Assembly: GCA_037719575.1 (NCBI GenBank)
Contig: JBBJMF010000004.1
Span: forward strand, 132-64,131
Origin: Nocardioidaceae bacterium
GTDB lineage: Bacteria; Actinomycetota; Actinomycetes; Propionibacteriales; Nocardioidaceae
Reading direction: 5' to 3'
DNA: 64,000 nucleotides
The notes beneath the pieces were generated by a model that was given only the letters and a program-made list of their open reading frames with translations, ran no database searches and had not been told where the DNA came from. Below, one piece after another: positions 31,067 to 38,875 of the stretch. The translations under genes and the position numbers were made by a program. Within the stretch, counting starts at the first letter, position 1. Each line of letters opens with the position of its first letter.

Positions 31067-32974
31067 ATGAGCAGCCCGCACTCGCCGTACCGGATCATGC
31101 ACTCCTACTCGCGCGGAGACCCACTCGCCGGACGGCAGGGACTCGCGGCGGGCACCTTCCGACGGGTCATCGGCTTCGCGCGGCCGCATCGGCGGGCGCT
31201 CGGCTGGTTCCTCGTGCTCGTCGTGCTCGACGCGCTCCTCGTCGTCGCCACCCCCCTGCTGTTCCGCGAGATCATCGACCAGGGGGTGGTCAAGGGGGAT
31301 GGTCGGCTGGTCACGATCCTGGCGCTCGTCATCGCCGCAGTCGCGTTCGGCGAGGCAGCCCTTTCGCTGGCGCAGCGGTGGTACTCCACCCGGATCGGCG
31401 AGGGGCTGATCTACGACCTGCGGACGACGGTGTTCAGCCACGTGCAGCGGATGCCGCTCGCCTTCTTCTCCCGGACGCACACCGGAGCACTGGTGTCGCG
31501 GCTCAACAGCGACGTCATCGGCGCCCAGAGCGCCTTCACCTCGACGCTGTCGAACGTGGTCAGCAACGTGATCAGCCTGCTGCTCGTCGGAGCGACGATG
31601 CTCTACCTGTCGTGGCAGATCACCCTGCTGGCGTTGGTGATCCTGCCGGTCTTCATCTTCCCAGCCAAATGGGCTGGCCGCCGGCTGTCGGGTCTCACCC
31701 GAGAGCAGATGCAGACCAACGCGACGATGGCCTCGATGGCCACCGAGCGCTTCCAGGTCGGAGGCGCGCTGCTCGTCACCCTCTTCGGGCGTCGACACGA
31801 GGAGGACGCCGAGTACGCCCAACGCTCGGCCAAGGTCCGTGACCTCGGCGTCGAGATTGCGATGACCGGCCGGATCTTCTTCAGCGCGCTCACGCTGGTG
31901 GCCTCGCTGGCCACGGCCGTGGTCTACGGCGTCGGTGGCCACCTGGTCCTGGACGGCTCGCTCTCGGTGGGGACGCTGCTGGCCCTGGCCGCCTTGATGG
32001 GGAGGCTTTACGGTCCCCTGACGTCCCTGTCCAACGTGCGGGTTGATGTCATGACCGCGCTGGTGTCCTTCGAGCGGGTCTTCGAGGTGCTCGACCTGGT
32101 GCCGATGATCACCGAGAAACCGGACGCGGTCGACGTGACCGGGCACCCGCCGCGCATCGAGTTCGACGACGTGCGCTTCCGCTATCCGACGGCGGATGAG
32201 GTGTCGCTGGCCAGCCTCGAGGCGCTGATGGCGAACGACACGGCGCCCAGCCAGGAGGTCATCCACGGCGTGAGTCTCACCGTCGAGCCCGGACAGCTCG
32301 TCGCCCTGGTGGGACCGTCCGGCGCCGGGAAGACCACGCTCACGCATCTGGTGGCGCGGCTCTACGACGTGACCACCGGCGCCGTCAGGGTCGGCGGGGT
32401 AGACGTCCGCGACGCCACCCTCGACTCGCTGCACGCGATGGTGGGCTACGTGACGCAGGACGCACACATGTTCCACGACACGATCCGCGCCAACCTGCTC
32501 TACGCGCGCCCCGAGTCCACCGACGACGACCTGGCGTCGGTGCTGAAGGCCGCGCAGATCTGGAGCCTGGTCGACGCGCTCCCGGACCGTCTCGACACGG
32601 TCGTCGGCGAGCGGGGCTACCGGCTGAGCGGCGGCGAGCGCCAGCGGCTAGCCATCGCCCGGCTGCTGCTGAAGGCGCCGAAAGTCATCGTGCTCGACGA
32701 GGCGACCGCCCACCTCGACAGCGAGTCCGAGGCTGCGGTGCAGCGCGCCCTGGACACGGCGCTGTCAGGTCGTACGTCGCTGGTGATCGCCCACCGGCTC
32801 TCGACGGTCCGGGGCGCCGACCTGATCCTGGTCGTGGACGACGGCCGCGTCGTCGAGCGTGGAACCCACCCGGAGCTGCTGGCCCGTGGCGGCCTGTACG
32901 CCGACCTCTACCGCACCCAGTTCGCTGACGCCGACGCGGCAAGATCCGACATTCAGGTGGCTCCAGCCACCTGA
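31067..32974 (+). CDS. ABC exporter, fused permease/ATPase (type I, MsbA-like)
   Basis: Six N-terminal TM helices, Walker A 'GPSGAGKTT', 'LSGGERQRLAIARLL', 'VIVLDEATAHLD'. ATG 31067 (TTG 31046 possible). Confidence 0.9.
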   Translation: MSSPHSPYRIMHSYSRGDPLAGRQGLAAGTFRRVIGFARPHRRALGWFLVLVVLDALLVVATPLLFREIIDQGVVKGDGRLVTILALVIAAVAFGEAALSLAQRWYSTRIGEGLIYDLRTTVFSHVQRMPLAFFSRTHTGALVSRLNSDVIGAQSAFTSTLSNVVSNVISLLLVGATMLYLSWQITLLALVILPVFIFPAKWAGRRLSGLTREQMQTNATMASMATERFQVGGALLVTLFGRRHEEDAEYAQRSAKVRDLGVEIAMTGRIFFSALTLVASLATAVVYGVGGHLVLDGSLSVGTLLALAALMGRLYGPLTSLSNVRVDVMTALVSFERVFEVLDLVPMITEKPDAVDVTGHPPRIEFDDVRFRYPTADEVSLASLEALMANDTAPSQEVIHGVSLTVEPGQLVALVGPSGAGKTTLTHLVARLYDVTTGAVRVGGVDVRDATLDSLHAMVGYVTQDAHMFHDTIRANLLYARPESTDDDLASVLKAAQIWSLVDALPDRLDTVVGERGYRLSGGERQRLAIARLLLKAPKVIVLDEATAHLDSESEAAVQRALDTALSGRTSLVIAHRLSTVRGADLILVVDDGRVVERGTHPELLARGGLYADLYRTQFADADAARSDIQVAPAT

Positions 32975-33001
32975 ATGTCTGGCCTTGGCGATACTTGAGG
33001 G

Positions 33002-33760
33002 ATGGATCTTGGGTTGCGGGACCGGGTGTTCGTCGTCACCGGCGCGAGCCGGGGGCTGGGGCGGGCGACGGCCACCCTCCTCGTCGCCGAAGGTGCCCGG
33101 GTCGTCGTCTCCAGCCGGTCGCGGGATCACCTCGACCCGGTCGTGGACGCGCTCGGCCGGGACAACGCGACACCCGTGGTGGCCGACAACGCGGACCCCG
33201 ACACGCCCCGGGCGGTCGTCGCAGCGGCGTTCGAGCGGTTCGGGCGCCTCGACGGCGCGCTGATCAGCGTCGGCGGGCCGCCGGCAGGGCCGATCGCGGA
33301 GAAGACCCCGGGGGAGTGGCGGGAGTACGTCGACAGCATCTTCCTCGGCGGTCTGAGGCTGACGATCACAGTGGCGAAGAGCCTGCAAGCCGGCGGCTCG
33401 ATCGCGCTCGTCCTCTCCACCTCGGTCAAGCAGCCGATCGCCAACCTGGGCATGTCGAACGCGCTCCGCCCCGGCCTGGCGATGGCGGCCAAGACCCTGG
33501 CCGACGAGCTCGGACCCCGCGGCATCCGGATAAACGGCCTGCTGCCAGGTCGCGTCGAGACCGAGCGGGTGCAGGAGCTGGACGCGGCGAGCGACGACCC
33601 GCGCGAGACCCGCAGACGACACCTGCAGACGATCCCGCTTCGCCGCTACGGCCGGCCGGAGGAGTTCGCCGCCATGGCCGCCTTCCTGCTGTCACCGGCG
33701 GCGGCGTACATCACCGGTGCGATGGTGCCGGTCGACGGCGGGATCAGTCGGGGCTTGTGA
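33002..33760 (+). CDS. SDR-family oxidoreductase
   Basis: 'VTGASRGLG' cofactor motif, 'NGLLPG', 'ITGAMVPVDGG' SDR C-terminus. Confidence 0.85.
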   Translation: MDLGLRDRVFVVTGASRGLGRATATLLVAEGARVVVSSRSRDHLDPVVDALGRDNATPVVADNADPDTPRAVVAAAFERFGRLDGALISVGGPPAGPIAEKTPGEWREYVDSIFLGGLRLTITVAKSLQAGGSIALVLSTSVKQPIANLGMSNALRPGLAMAAKTLADELGPRGIRINGLLPGRVETERVQELDAASDDPRETRRRHLQTIPLRRYGRPEEFAAMAAFLLSPAAAYITGAMVPVDGGISRGL

Positions 33761-34568
33761 CCATGGGTTTCCCCTCGCCGGCGTCGACAGGCTGCCGCGG
33801 CACTCGCCCGGACGACCCGCGCCGCCCTCCGGGCCGGCCCGTCACTTGCTCCCGGTACTCGGCCCAGGCGAAGTAGCACCAGAAGCCGAAGAAGAGCAGC
33901 GCGAAGAACAACCATTGGAAGCCGTAGAAGAAGCTTGGGCCACCACCGAGGTCGGGCTCGCCGGCCTTCGTCGGGGCATGAGGCGAGGCTGGGCTCTCGG
34001 TTGTGAGCTCCAGGAACCCGTCGTACAACGGATAGGGCAGGATCGCCTCGATCGCCTCGGCCGAGACGGCCCGTACCGACCCCTGCGACGGGGTCACCTG
34101 GCTGGAGCTGCCGTCCGAACCGACGCGGACCCGGCCGGTCAGGGTGACGCGGCCGGCGGCAGGAGGAGGGAGGTCCTGGACGAGGTTGCCGTTGGCGGGA
34201 CTCGGCACCCAGCCGCGGTCGACGAGGACCGCCGGACCGGCGTCGGTGACGAACGGAGTGACGACGTCGACGCCGGGCGCGCCGTTCCTGGTGCGGTAGA
34301 GGACGGCGATCTGGTGGTCCGCGTCGTAGTGTCCCGTCGCAGTCACCCGCTGCCACTGCACGTCGGACGAGGGCTCACCGGACGTGGAGAGCAGGCGCTG
34401 GAGCGGCGCGGGCGCGGCGGCGAGGTTGGCACGGATCAGCGCGTTGGAGTCCTTGCGCTCCTGGTAGCGGTGGAACTGCCACTCGCTCAGCCGCACACAC
34501 GTGAAGCCGAGCACGAGGACGACCACGAGCAGGCCGATCCACCGGGGCGTGAGGAGAAAACGCAACAC
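33744..34568 (-). CDS. SURF1-family cytochrome oxidase biogenesis protein
   Basis: N-terminal TM 'RWIGLLVVVLVLGFTCVRLSEWQFHRY', 'VLVDRGWVP', C-terminal TM 'GFQWLFFALLFF'. GTG 34568. Confidence 0.8.
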   Translation of the reverse strand: MLRFLLTPRWIGLLVVVLVLGFTCVRLSEWQFHRYQERKDSNALIRANLAAAPAPLQRLLSTSGEPSSDVQWQRVTATGHYDADHQIAVLYRTRNGAPGVDVVTPFVTDAGPAVLVDRGWVPSPANGNLVQDLPPPAAGRVTLTGRVRVGSDGSSSQVTPSQGSVRAVSAEAIEAILPYPLYDGFLELTTESPASPHAPTKAGEPDLGGGPSFFYGFQWLFFALLFFGFWCYFAWAEYREQVTGRPGGRRGSSGRVPRQPVDAGEGKPMVTSPD

Positions 34569-34637
34569 AGCATCTCGAGGTTAGCCCGCGGCCGGGACCT
34601 GTCCGAGGTCGGGGCGCGGACGACGTAGGGTGGACCG

Positions 34638-35651
34638 GTGAGCGAACCAACCAGGTCTCGGGTGCCGCTGCTCGACCAGTACGGTCGGGTCGCGTCGGAC
34701 CTGCGGGTCTCGCTGACCGACCGCTGCAACCTCCGCTGCTCGTACTGCATGCCCGCGGAAGGGCTCGACTGGCTCCCGCGCGACGACATCCTGTCCGACG
34801 ACGAGGTGGTGCGCCTCATCGAGATCGCCGTCACCCGGCTGGGGGTCGACGAGGTCCGGTTCACCGGCGGCGAGCCGTTGATCCGGCCAGGCTTCGTGGA
34901 CATCGTGGCGCGTACGGCGAAGCTGAGCCCTCGGCCGCTGATGGCCGTGACCACCAACGGACTCGGCCTCGAGCGCACGGCAGCGGCGCTCGCGGTGGCA
35001 GGTCTCGACCGGGTCAACGTCAGCCTCGACACCGTGCGACCCGACACGTTCGCCACCGTCACCCGGCGCAACCGGCTCGACGACGTGATCGCCGGGTTGG
35101 CCGCCGCCTCGAGCGCCGGCCTCACTCCGGTAAAGGTCAACGCCGTCCTGCTCCGGGGCCACAACGACGACCAGGCTGCGGAGCTGTTGCGCTGGTGCAT
35201 CCAGCGGGGCTACGAGCTCCGCTTCATCGAGCAGATGCCGCTCGACGCGCAGCATGGCTGGAGCCGCGAGGCGATGGTGACCGCCGCCGAGACCCAGCAG
35301 TCGCTGGAGAGCGAGTTCGTGCTGACACCCGACACCCGCCATCGCGGCAGCGCACCCGCGGAGCTGTTCCTCGTCGACGGTGGTCCGGCGACGGTCGGAA
35401 TCATCGCGTCGGTGACCCGGCCGTTCTGCGGCGACTGTGACCGGGTGCGACTGACCGCCGACGGCCAGGTGGTCAACTGCCTGTTCGCCCGCGAGGAGTC
35501 CGATCTCCGCCTGGCCCTGCGATCGGGCGCCTCGGACGACGAGATCGCCGAGCGCTGGCGAGCCGCGATGTGGACGAAACGCCCAGGCCATGGGATCGAC
35601 GACGAGTCGTTCCTGCAGCCGGCTCGCCCGATGAGCGCGATCGGCGGCTAG
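34638..35651 (+). CDS. moaA: GTP 3',8-cyclase MoaA (radical SAM)
   Basis: 'RVSLTDRCNLRCSYCMP' radical-SAM cluster motif, 'VRFTGGEPL', C-terminal cluster 'FCGDCDRVRLTADG'. Confidence 0.95.
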   Translation: MSEPTRSRVPLLDQYGRVASDLRVSLTDRCNLRCSYCMPAEGLDWLPRDDILSDDEVVRLIEIAVTRLGVDEVRFTGGEPLIRPGFVDIVARTAKLSPRPLMAVTTNGLGLERTAAALAVAGLDRVNVSLDTVRPDTFATVTRRNRLDDVIAGLAAASSAGLTPVKVNAVLLRGHNDDQAAELLRWCIQRGYELRFIEQMPLDAQHGWSREAMVTAAETQQSLESEFVLTPDTRHRGSAPAELFLVDGGPATVGIIASVTRPFCGDCDRVRLTADGQVVNCLFAREESDLRLALRSGASDDEIAERWRAAMWTKRPGHGIDDESFLQPARPMSAIGG

Positions 35652-35884
35652 CCGGACGGTGCGTCCCGCTCAGCAGGGGCTTCGTCGGCCGGCAGCGGCT
35701 CGACCTCACGCAGGAACCCCCGGGCGCCGAGGAATGCGCCGAGGCTCTCGCGGTGCTCGCCACACGCGAGCCAGGTCTTTCGCCGTTCGGGCCGGTGGAT
35801 CTTCGGGTTGTTCCAGCGAAGCCCGAACTCGGCGCGGTTGGTGCAGCCCCTGGCGGAGCAGCCAAGCGGCTCGCTCGCGTCCAC
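35648..35884 (-). CDS. Small conserved actinobacterial protein with CxxxxC...CxxH pattern
   Basis: 'CSARGCTNRAEFGLRWNNPKIHRPERRKTWLACGEHRESLGAFLGARGFLREV'. GTG 35884 is preceded by GGAGG. Lies downstream of the DUF3099 gene. Confidence 0.6.
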   Translation of the reverse strand: MDASEPLGCSARGCTNRAEFGLRWNNPKIHRPERRKTWLACGEHRESLGAFLGARGFLREVEPLPADEAPAERDAPSG

Positions 35885-35901
35885 CAGACCTCCGTCGCGG
35901 G

Positions 35902-36222
35902 TCAGGAGGGGACGTCGTGGATGGTGTCCGACGACGTCGGCGCCGCTGACAGCTGCGGCACCCCCTGGTCCTCGAAGCGTGCCGGGCCGGCCGCCTGCCG
36001 GCCGTCGGCGGCGTTCGCGATGACGACCGCGAAGTAGGGCAGGAAGAACGCACCCCCCACCATTACCCAGCGCAGCGGCCCGCTCAGGACCACGGCGAGC
36101 ACAAAGCACAGGGTGCGGATCCCCATCGAGAAGAGGTACCACGTCTGGCGGCGGCGAATGTCGTCGCTGCGGCTCGACCGGGCCGACGTGATGCTCACGG
36201 GATCTTCGTGCTGCTGGCTCAT
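35902..36222 (-). CDS. DUF3099 membrane protein
   Basis: 'RRRQTWYLFSMGIRTLCFVLAVVL' and 'VGGAFFLPYFAVVIANA' two-helix core. ATG 36222 is preceded by GGAGGGGAGAGG. Confidence 0.75.
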   Translation of the reverse strand: MSQQHEDPVSITSARSSRSDDIRRRQTWYLFSMGIRTLCFVLAVVLSGPLRWVMVGGAFFLPYFAVVIANAADGRQAAGPARFEDQGVPQLSAAPTSSDTIHDVPS

Positions 36223-36343
36223 TGTCGTCCTCTCCCCTCCACCGTACGCCGACCTCGGCGCGCATAGTCGGTGAGCCTGCGGTTTCGCCGGCTGGAGGGA
36301 GCCGGTAGCGTCAAGCGCCTCATCACGCACGGGAGGAGGGCCA

Positions 36344-37048
36344 GTGGGCAGGTCCGTGTTGGTCACCGGTGGCAACCGCGGGATCGGCCGGGTGATCGCG
36401 CAGGCGTTCGCTGACGTGGGTGACCAGGTGGCCGTGACCTACCGGTCCGGAGAGCCGCCGGAAGGCTTCCTGGGCGTGCGCTGCGACGTCACGGACACCA
36501 CAGCGGTGGACGAGGCCTTCGCCACGATCGAGGAGGAGCACGGGCCGGTCGAGGTGCTCGTTGCCAACGCCGGCATTACCCGGGACGGTCTCCTGCTGCG
36601 GATGTCCGACGACGACTGGCAGGCGGTGCTCGAGACCAACCTCACCGGCTCGTTCCGGGTGGCCAAGCGGGCGGCCAAGGGGATGCTCCGCCTTCGCCGC
36701 GGGCGCATCGTGCTGGTGTCGTCGGTCGTGGGCCTGTTGGGATCGGCCGGGCAGGTGAACTACGCCGCGAGCAAGTCCGGCCTGGTCGGGATGGCCAGGT
36801 CGATGGCCCGCGAGCTCGGCAGCCGCTCGATCACCACGAACGTGGTGGCTCCGGGCTTGGTGGAGACGGACATGACGTCGGAGCTTCCCGAGGCGAGGAA
36901 GGCCGAGTACCTGAAGGCGATCCCGCTCGGACGCTACGCCACGAGCCAGGAGGTCGCCGCTGCCGTTCGATGGTTGGCCTCGGACGAGGCCGGCTACATC
37001 ACCGGCGCCGTGATCCCCGTCGACGGTGGCCTGGGCATGGGTCACTGA
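36344..37048 (+). CDS. fabG: 3-oxoacyl-ACP reductase (FabG1/MabA-like)
   Basis: 'VLVTGGNRGIG', 'NAGIT', 'YAASKSGLVGMARSMARE' (YxxxK), 'ITGAVIPVDGGLGMGH'. Precedes inhA as in mycobacteria. Confidence 0.9.
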   Translation: MGRSVLVTGGNRGIGRVIAQAFADVGDQVAVTYRSGEPPEGFLGVRCDVTDTTAVDEAFATIEEEHGPVEVLVANAGITRDGLLLRMSDDDWQAVLETNLTGSFRVAKRAAKGMLRLRRGRIVLVSSVVGLLGSAGQVNYAASKSGLVGMARSMARELGSRSITTNVVAPGLVETDMTSELPEARKAEYLKAIPLGRYATSQEVAAAVRWLASDEAGYITGAVIPVDGGLGMGH

Positions 37049-37111
37049 GCACCACTCGACGACGATCCGATACCGCACCACACCAGAGTGCCGAGCAAAG
37101 GACAGCAAACG

Positions 37112-37882
37112 ATGGGCATCCTCGAAGGCAAGAACATCCTGGTGGCAGGAGTCACGATCGACACCTCGATCGGCTTCGCCACGGCTAAGGTCGCCCAGGA
37201 GCAGGGGGCCACCGTCCTGATCTCCAACTTCGGCAGGGCCCTGTCGATCACCCGCCGCATCGCGAAGCGGCTCCCCGTCGAACCGCCGGTGCTCGAGCTC
37301 GACGTGACCGACGACGAGCACCTGGCGGGGCTCGCCGACCAGGTGCGCGAGCACGTCGACCACCTCGACGGCGTCGTCCACGCGATCGCCTACGGAAACC
37401 CTCAGACGATCCTGGGCGGCAAGTTCCTCGAGGGGCCGTGGCCGGACGTGGGTCAGGCGGTGCACGTGTCGGCGTACTCGCTGCAGGCGCTTGCGGTCGC
37501 CTGCCTGCCCCTGATGGGCAACGGAGGAAGCGTCGTCGGCATGACGTTCGACGCCTCAGTCGCCTGGCCCGGCTACGACTGGATGGGGTTCGCCAAGGGG
37601 GCCCTCGAGTCCTGCAACCGCTACCTCGCACGTGACCTGGGAGCCCACGACATCCGATGCAATCTGGTCAGCGCCGGGCCCCTCAAGACTCTTGCAGCCA
37701 AGGCGATACCCGGTTTCGAGCGCTTCGAGGACGAGTGGGCCAAGCGGGCGCCGATCGGCTGGGACCTGCAAGACCTGGAGCCGACGGCCCGCGGGGCGGT
37801 GGCGCTGCTCAGCGACTTCTTCCCGAAGACGACGGGGGAGATCGTCCACGTGGACGGCGGCTACCACGCGATGGGTGCCTGA
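37112..37882 (+). CDS. inhA: NADH-dependent enoyl-ACP reductase (InhA/FabI)
   Basis: 'GKNILVAGVTIDTSIGFA', 'VHAIAYG', 'GFAKGALESCNRYLARDLG', 'IRCNLVSAGPLKTLA'. ATG 37112. Confidence 0.9.
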   Translation: MGILEGKNILVAGVTIDTSIGFATAKVAQEQGATVLISNFGRALSITRRIAKRLPVEPPVLELDVTDDEHLAGLADQVREHVDHLDGVVHAIAYGNPQTILGGKFLEGPWPDVGQAVHVSAYSLQALAVACLPLMGNGGSVVGMTFDASVAWPGYDWMGFAKGALESCNRYLARDLGAHDIRCNLVSAGPLKTLAAKAIPGFERFEDEWAKRAPIGWDLQDLEPTARGAVALLSDFFPKTTGEIVHVDGGYHAMGA

Positions 37883-37888
37883 GCCGCG

Positions 37889-38866
37889 ATGGCGCGAATC
37901 GAGACCGAGCTGACGCGGCGTTTCGACCTGCACATCCCGGTGGTCGCGGCGTCCATGGCCGGGGTGTCCGACGGCGCGTTCGCTGCGGCGGCCAGCCGGG
38001 CCGGCATCCTCGGCACGATTGGCGTCGGCGGTACGGCGTCCGGAGACTTCGTCCGGACGGAGATGCAGGTGGCGGCCGCCGGGGGTCTGCCCTTCGGCGT
38101 CGGCCTGATGGCCTGGGCGTTGCCGACCCGGCCCGAACAGCTCGACGCCGTGCTGGCCGCTCCGCCGGCACTGGTCTCCGTCAGCTTCGGGGACTATCCG
38201 CCGTACCTCGAGCGGCTGCGGGCCGCGGGATGCGCGCTGGTGACCCAGGTCGGATCGCTGGAGCAGGCTCTGCAGGCGCAGGACGCGGGCGTCGACTTCA
38301 TCGTGAGCCGCGGGTCGGAGGGCGGCGGCCACGGCTACCCGCAGGTCTCCACCCTTCCCTTGTTGCAGGCGGTGCTGGAGCGGGTCAGCGTCCCGGTACT
38401 GGCGGCCGGAGGAATCGGCACGGCCCGCGGGCTGGCCGCCGTCCTGGCTGCTGGAGCCGCCGGCGCCTGGGTGGGATCCGCCTTCGTCAGCTGCCGGGAG
38501 TCGGCCTGGCCGGACGACCAGGTCGCCCAGCTGGCCAGGGCGGACGAGCGCTCGACGGCGTACGGGCATGTCTTCGACGTCGCGTCGGCTGTCGGATGGC
38601 CGGAGGACATCGGCGGCCGCACCTTGCGCAACGACTTCTTCGACCGCTGGAACGGCCACGAGACCGAGCTGCGCAGCGACCCCGAGGCGCTGACAGCGTT
38701 TCGCTCGGCACCCGACAGCCGCGACTTCTCCACAATGCCCGTCTACATCGGGCAGGGCGTCGGGCTCCTCGACGGAACCCGTCCTCGGGTGGCGGACGTC
38801 GTCGCCGAGCTTGCCGGCGCGGCCGGCCTGCTTCGCGCCGGCACGGACCTCGTCACGGGCGGATAG
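37889..38866 (+). CDS. Nitronate monooxygenase family flavoprotein (NMO/FabK-like)
   Basis: 'PVVAASMAGVS', 'GSEGGGHG', 'VLAAGGIGTARG' NMO (PF03060-type) blocks. Starts 6 nt after inhA. Confidence 0.8.
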   Translation: MARIETELTRRFDLHIPVVAASMAGVSDGAFAAAASRAGILGTIGVGGTASGDFVRTEMQVAAAGGLPFGVGLMAWALPTRPEQLDAVLAAPPALVSVSFGDYPPYLERLRAAGCALVTQVGSLEQALQAQDAGVDFIVSRGSEGGGHGYPQVSTLPLLQAVLERVSVPVLAAGGIGTARGLAAVLAAGAAGAWVGSAFVSCRESAWPDDQVAQLARADERSTAYGHVFDVASAVGWPEDIGGRTLRNDFFDRWNGHETELRSDPEALTAFRSAPDSRDFSTMPVYIGQGVGLLDGTRPRVADVVAELAGAAGLLRAGTDLVTGG

Positions 38867-38875
38867 CGTGTCGCG

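Noticed and set aside
34569-34637. Molybdenum-cofactor riboswitch upstream of moaA
   Set aside because: The divergent spacer is only 69 nt, too short for the roughly 130-150-nt Moco element, and no conserved motif was recognised.
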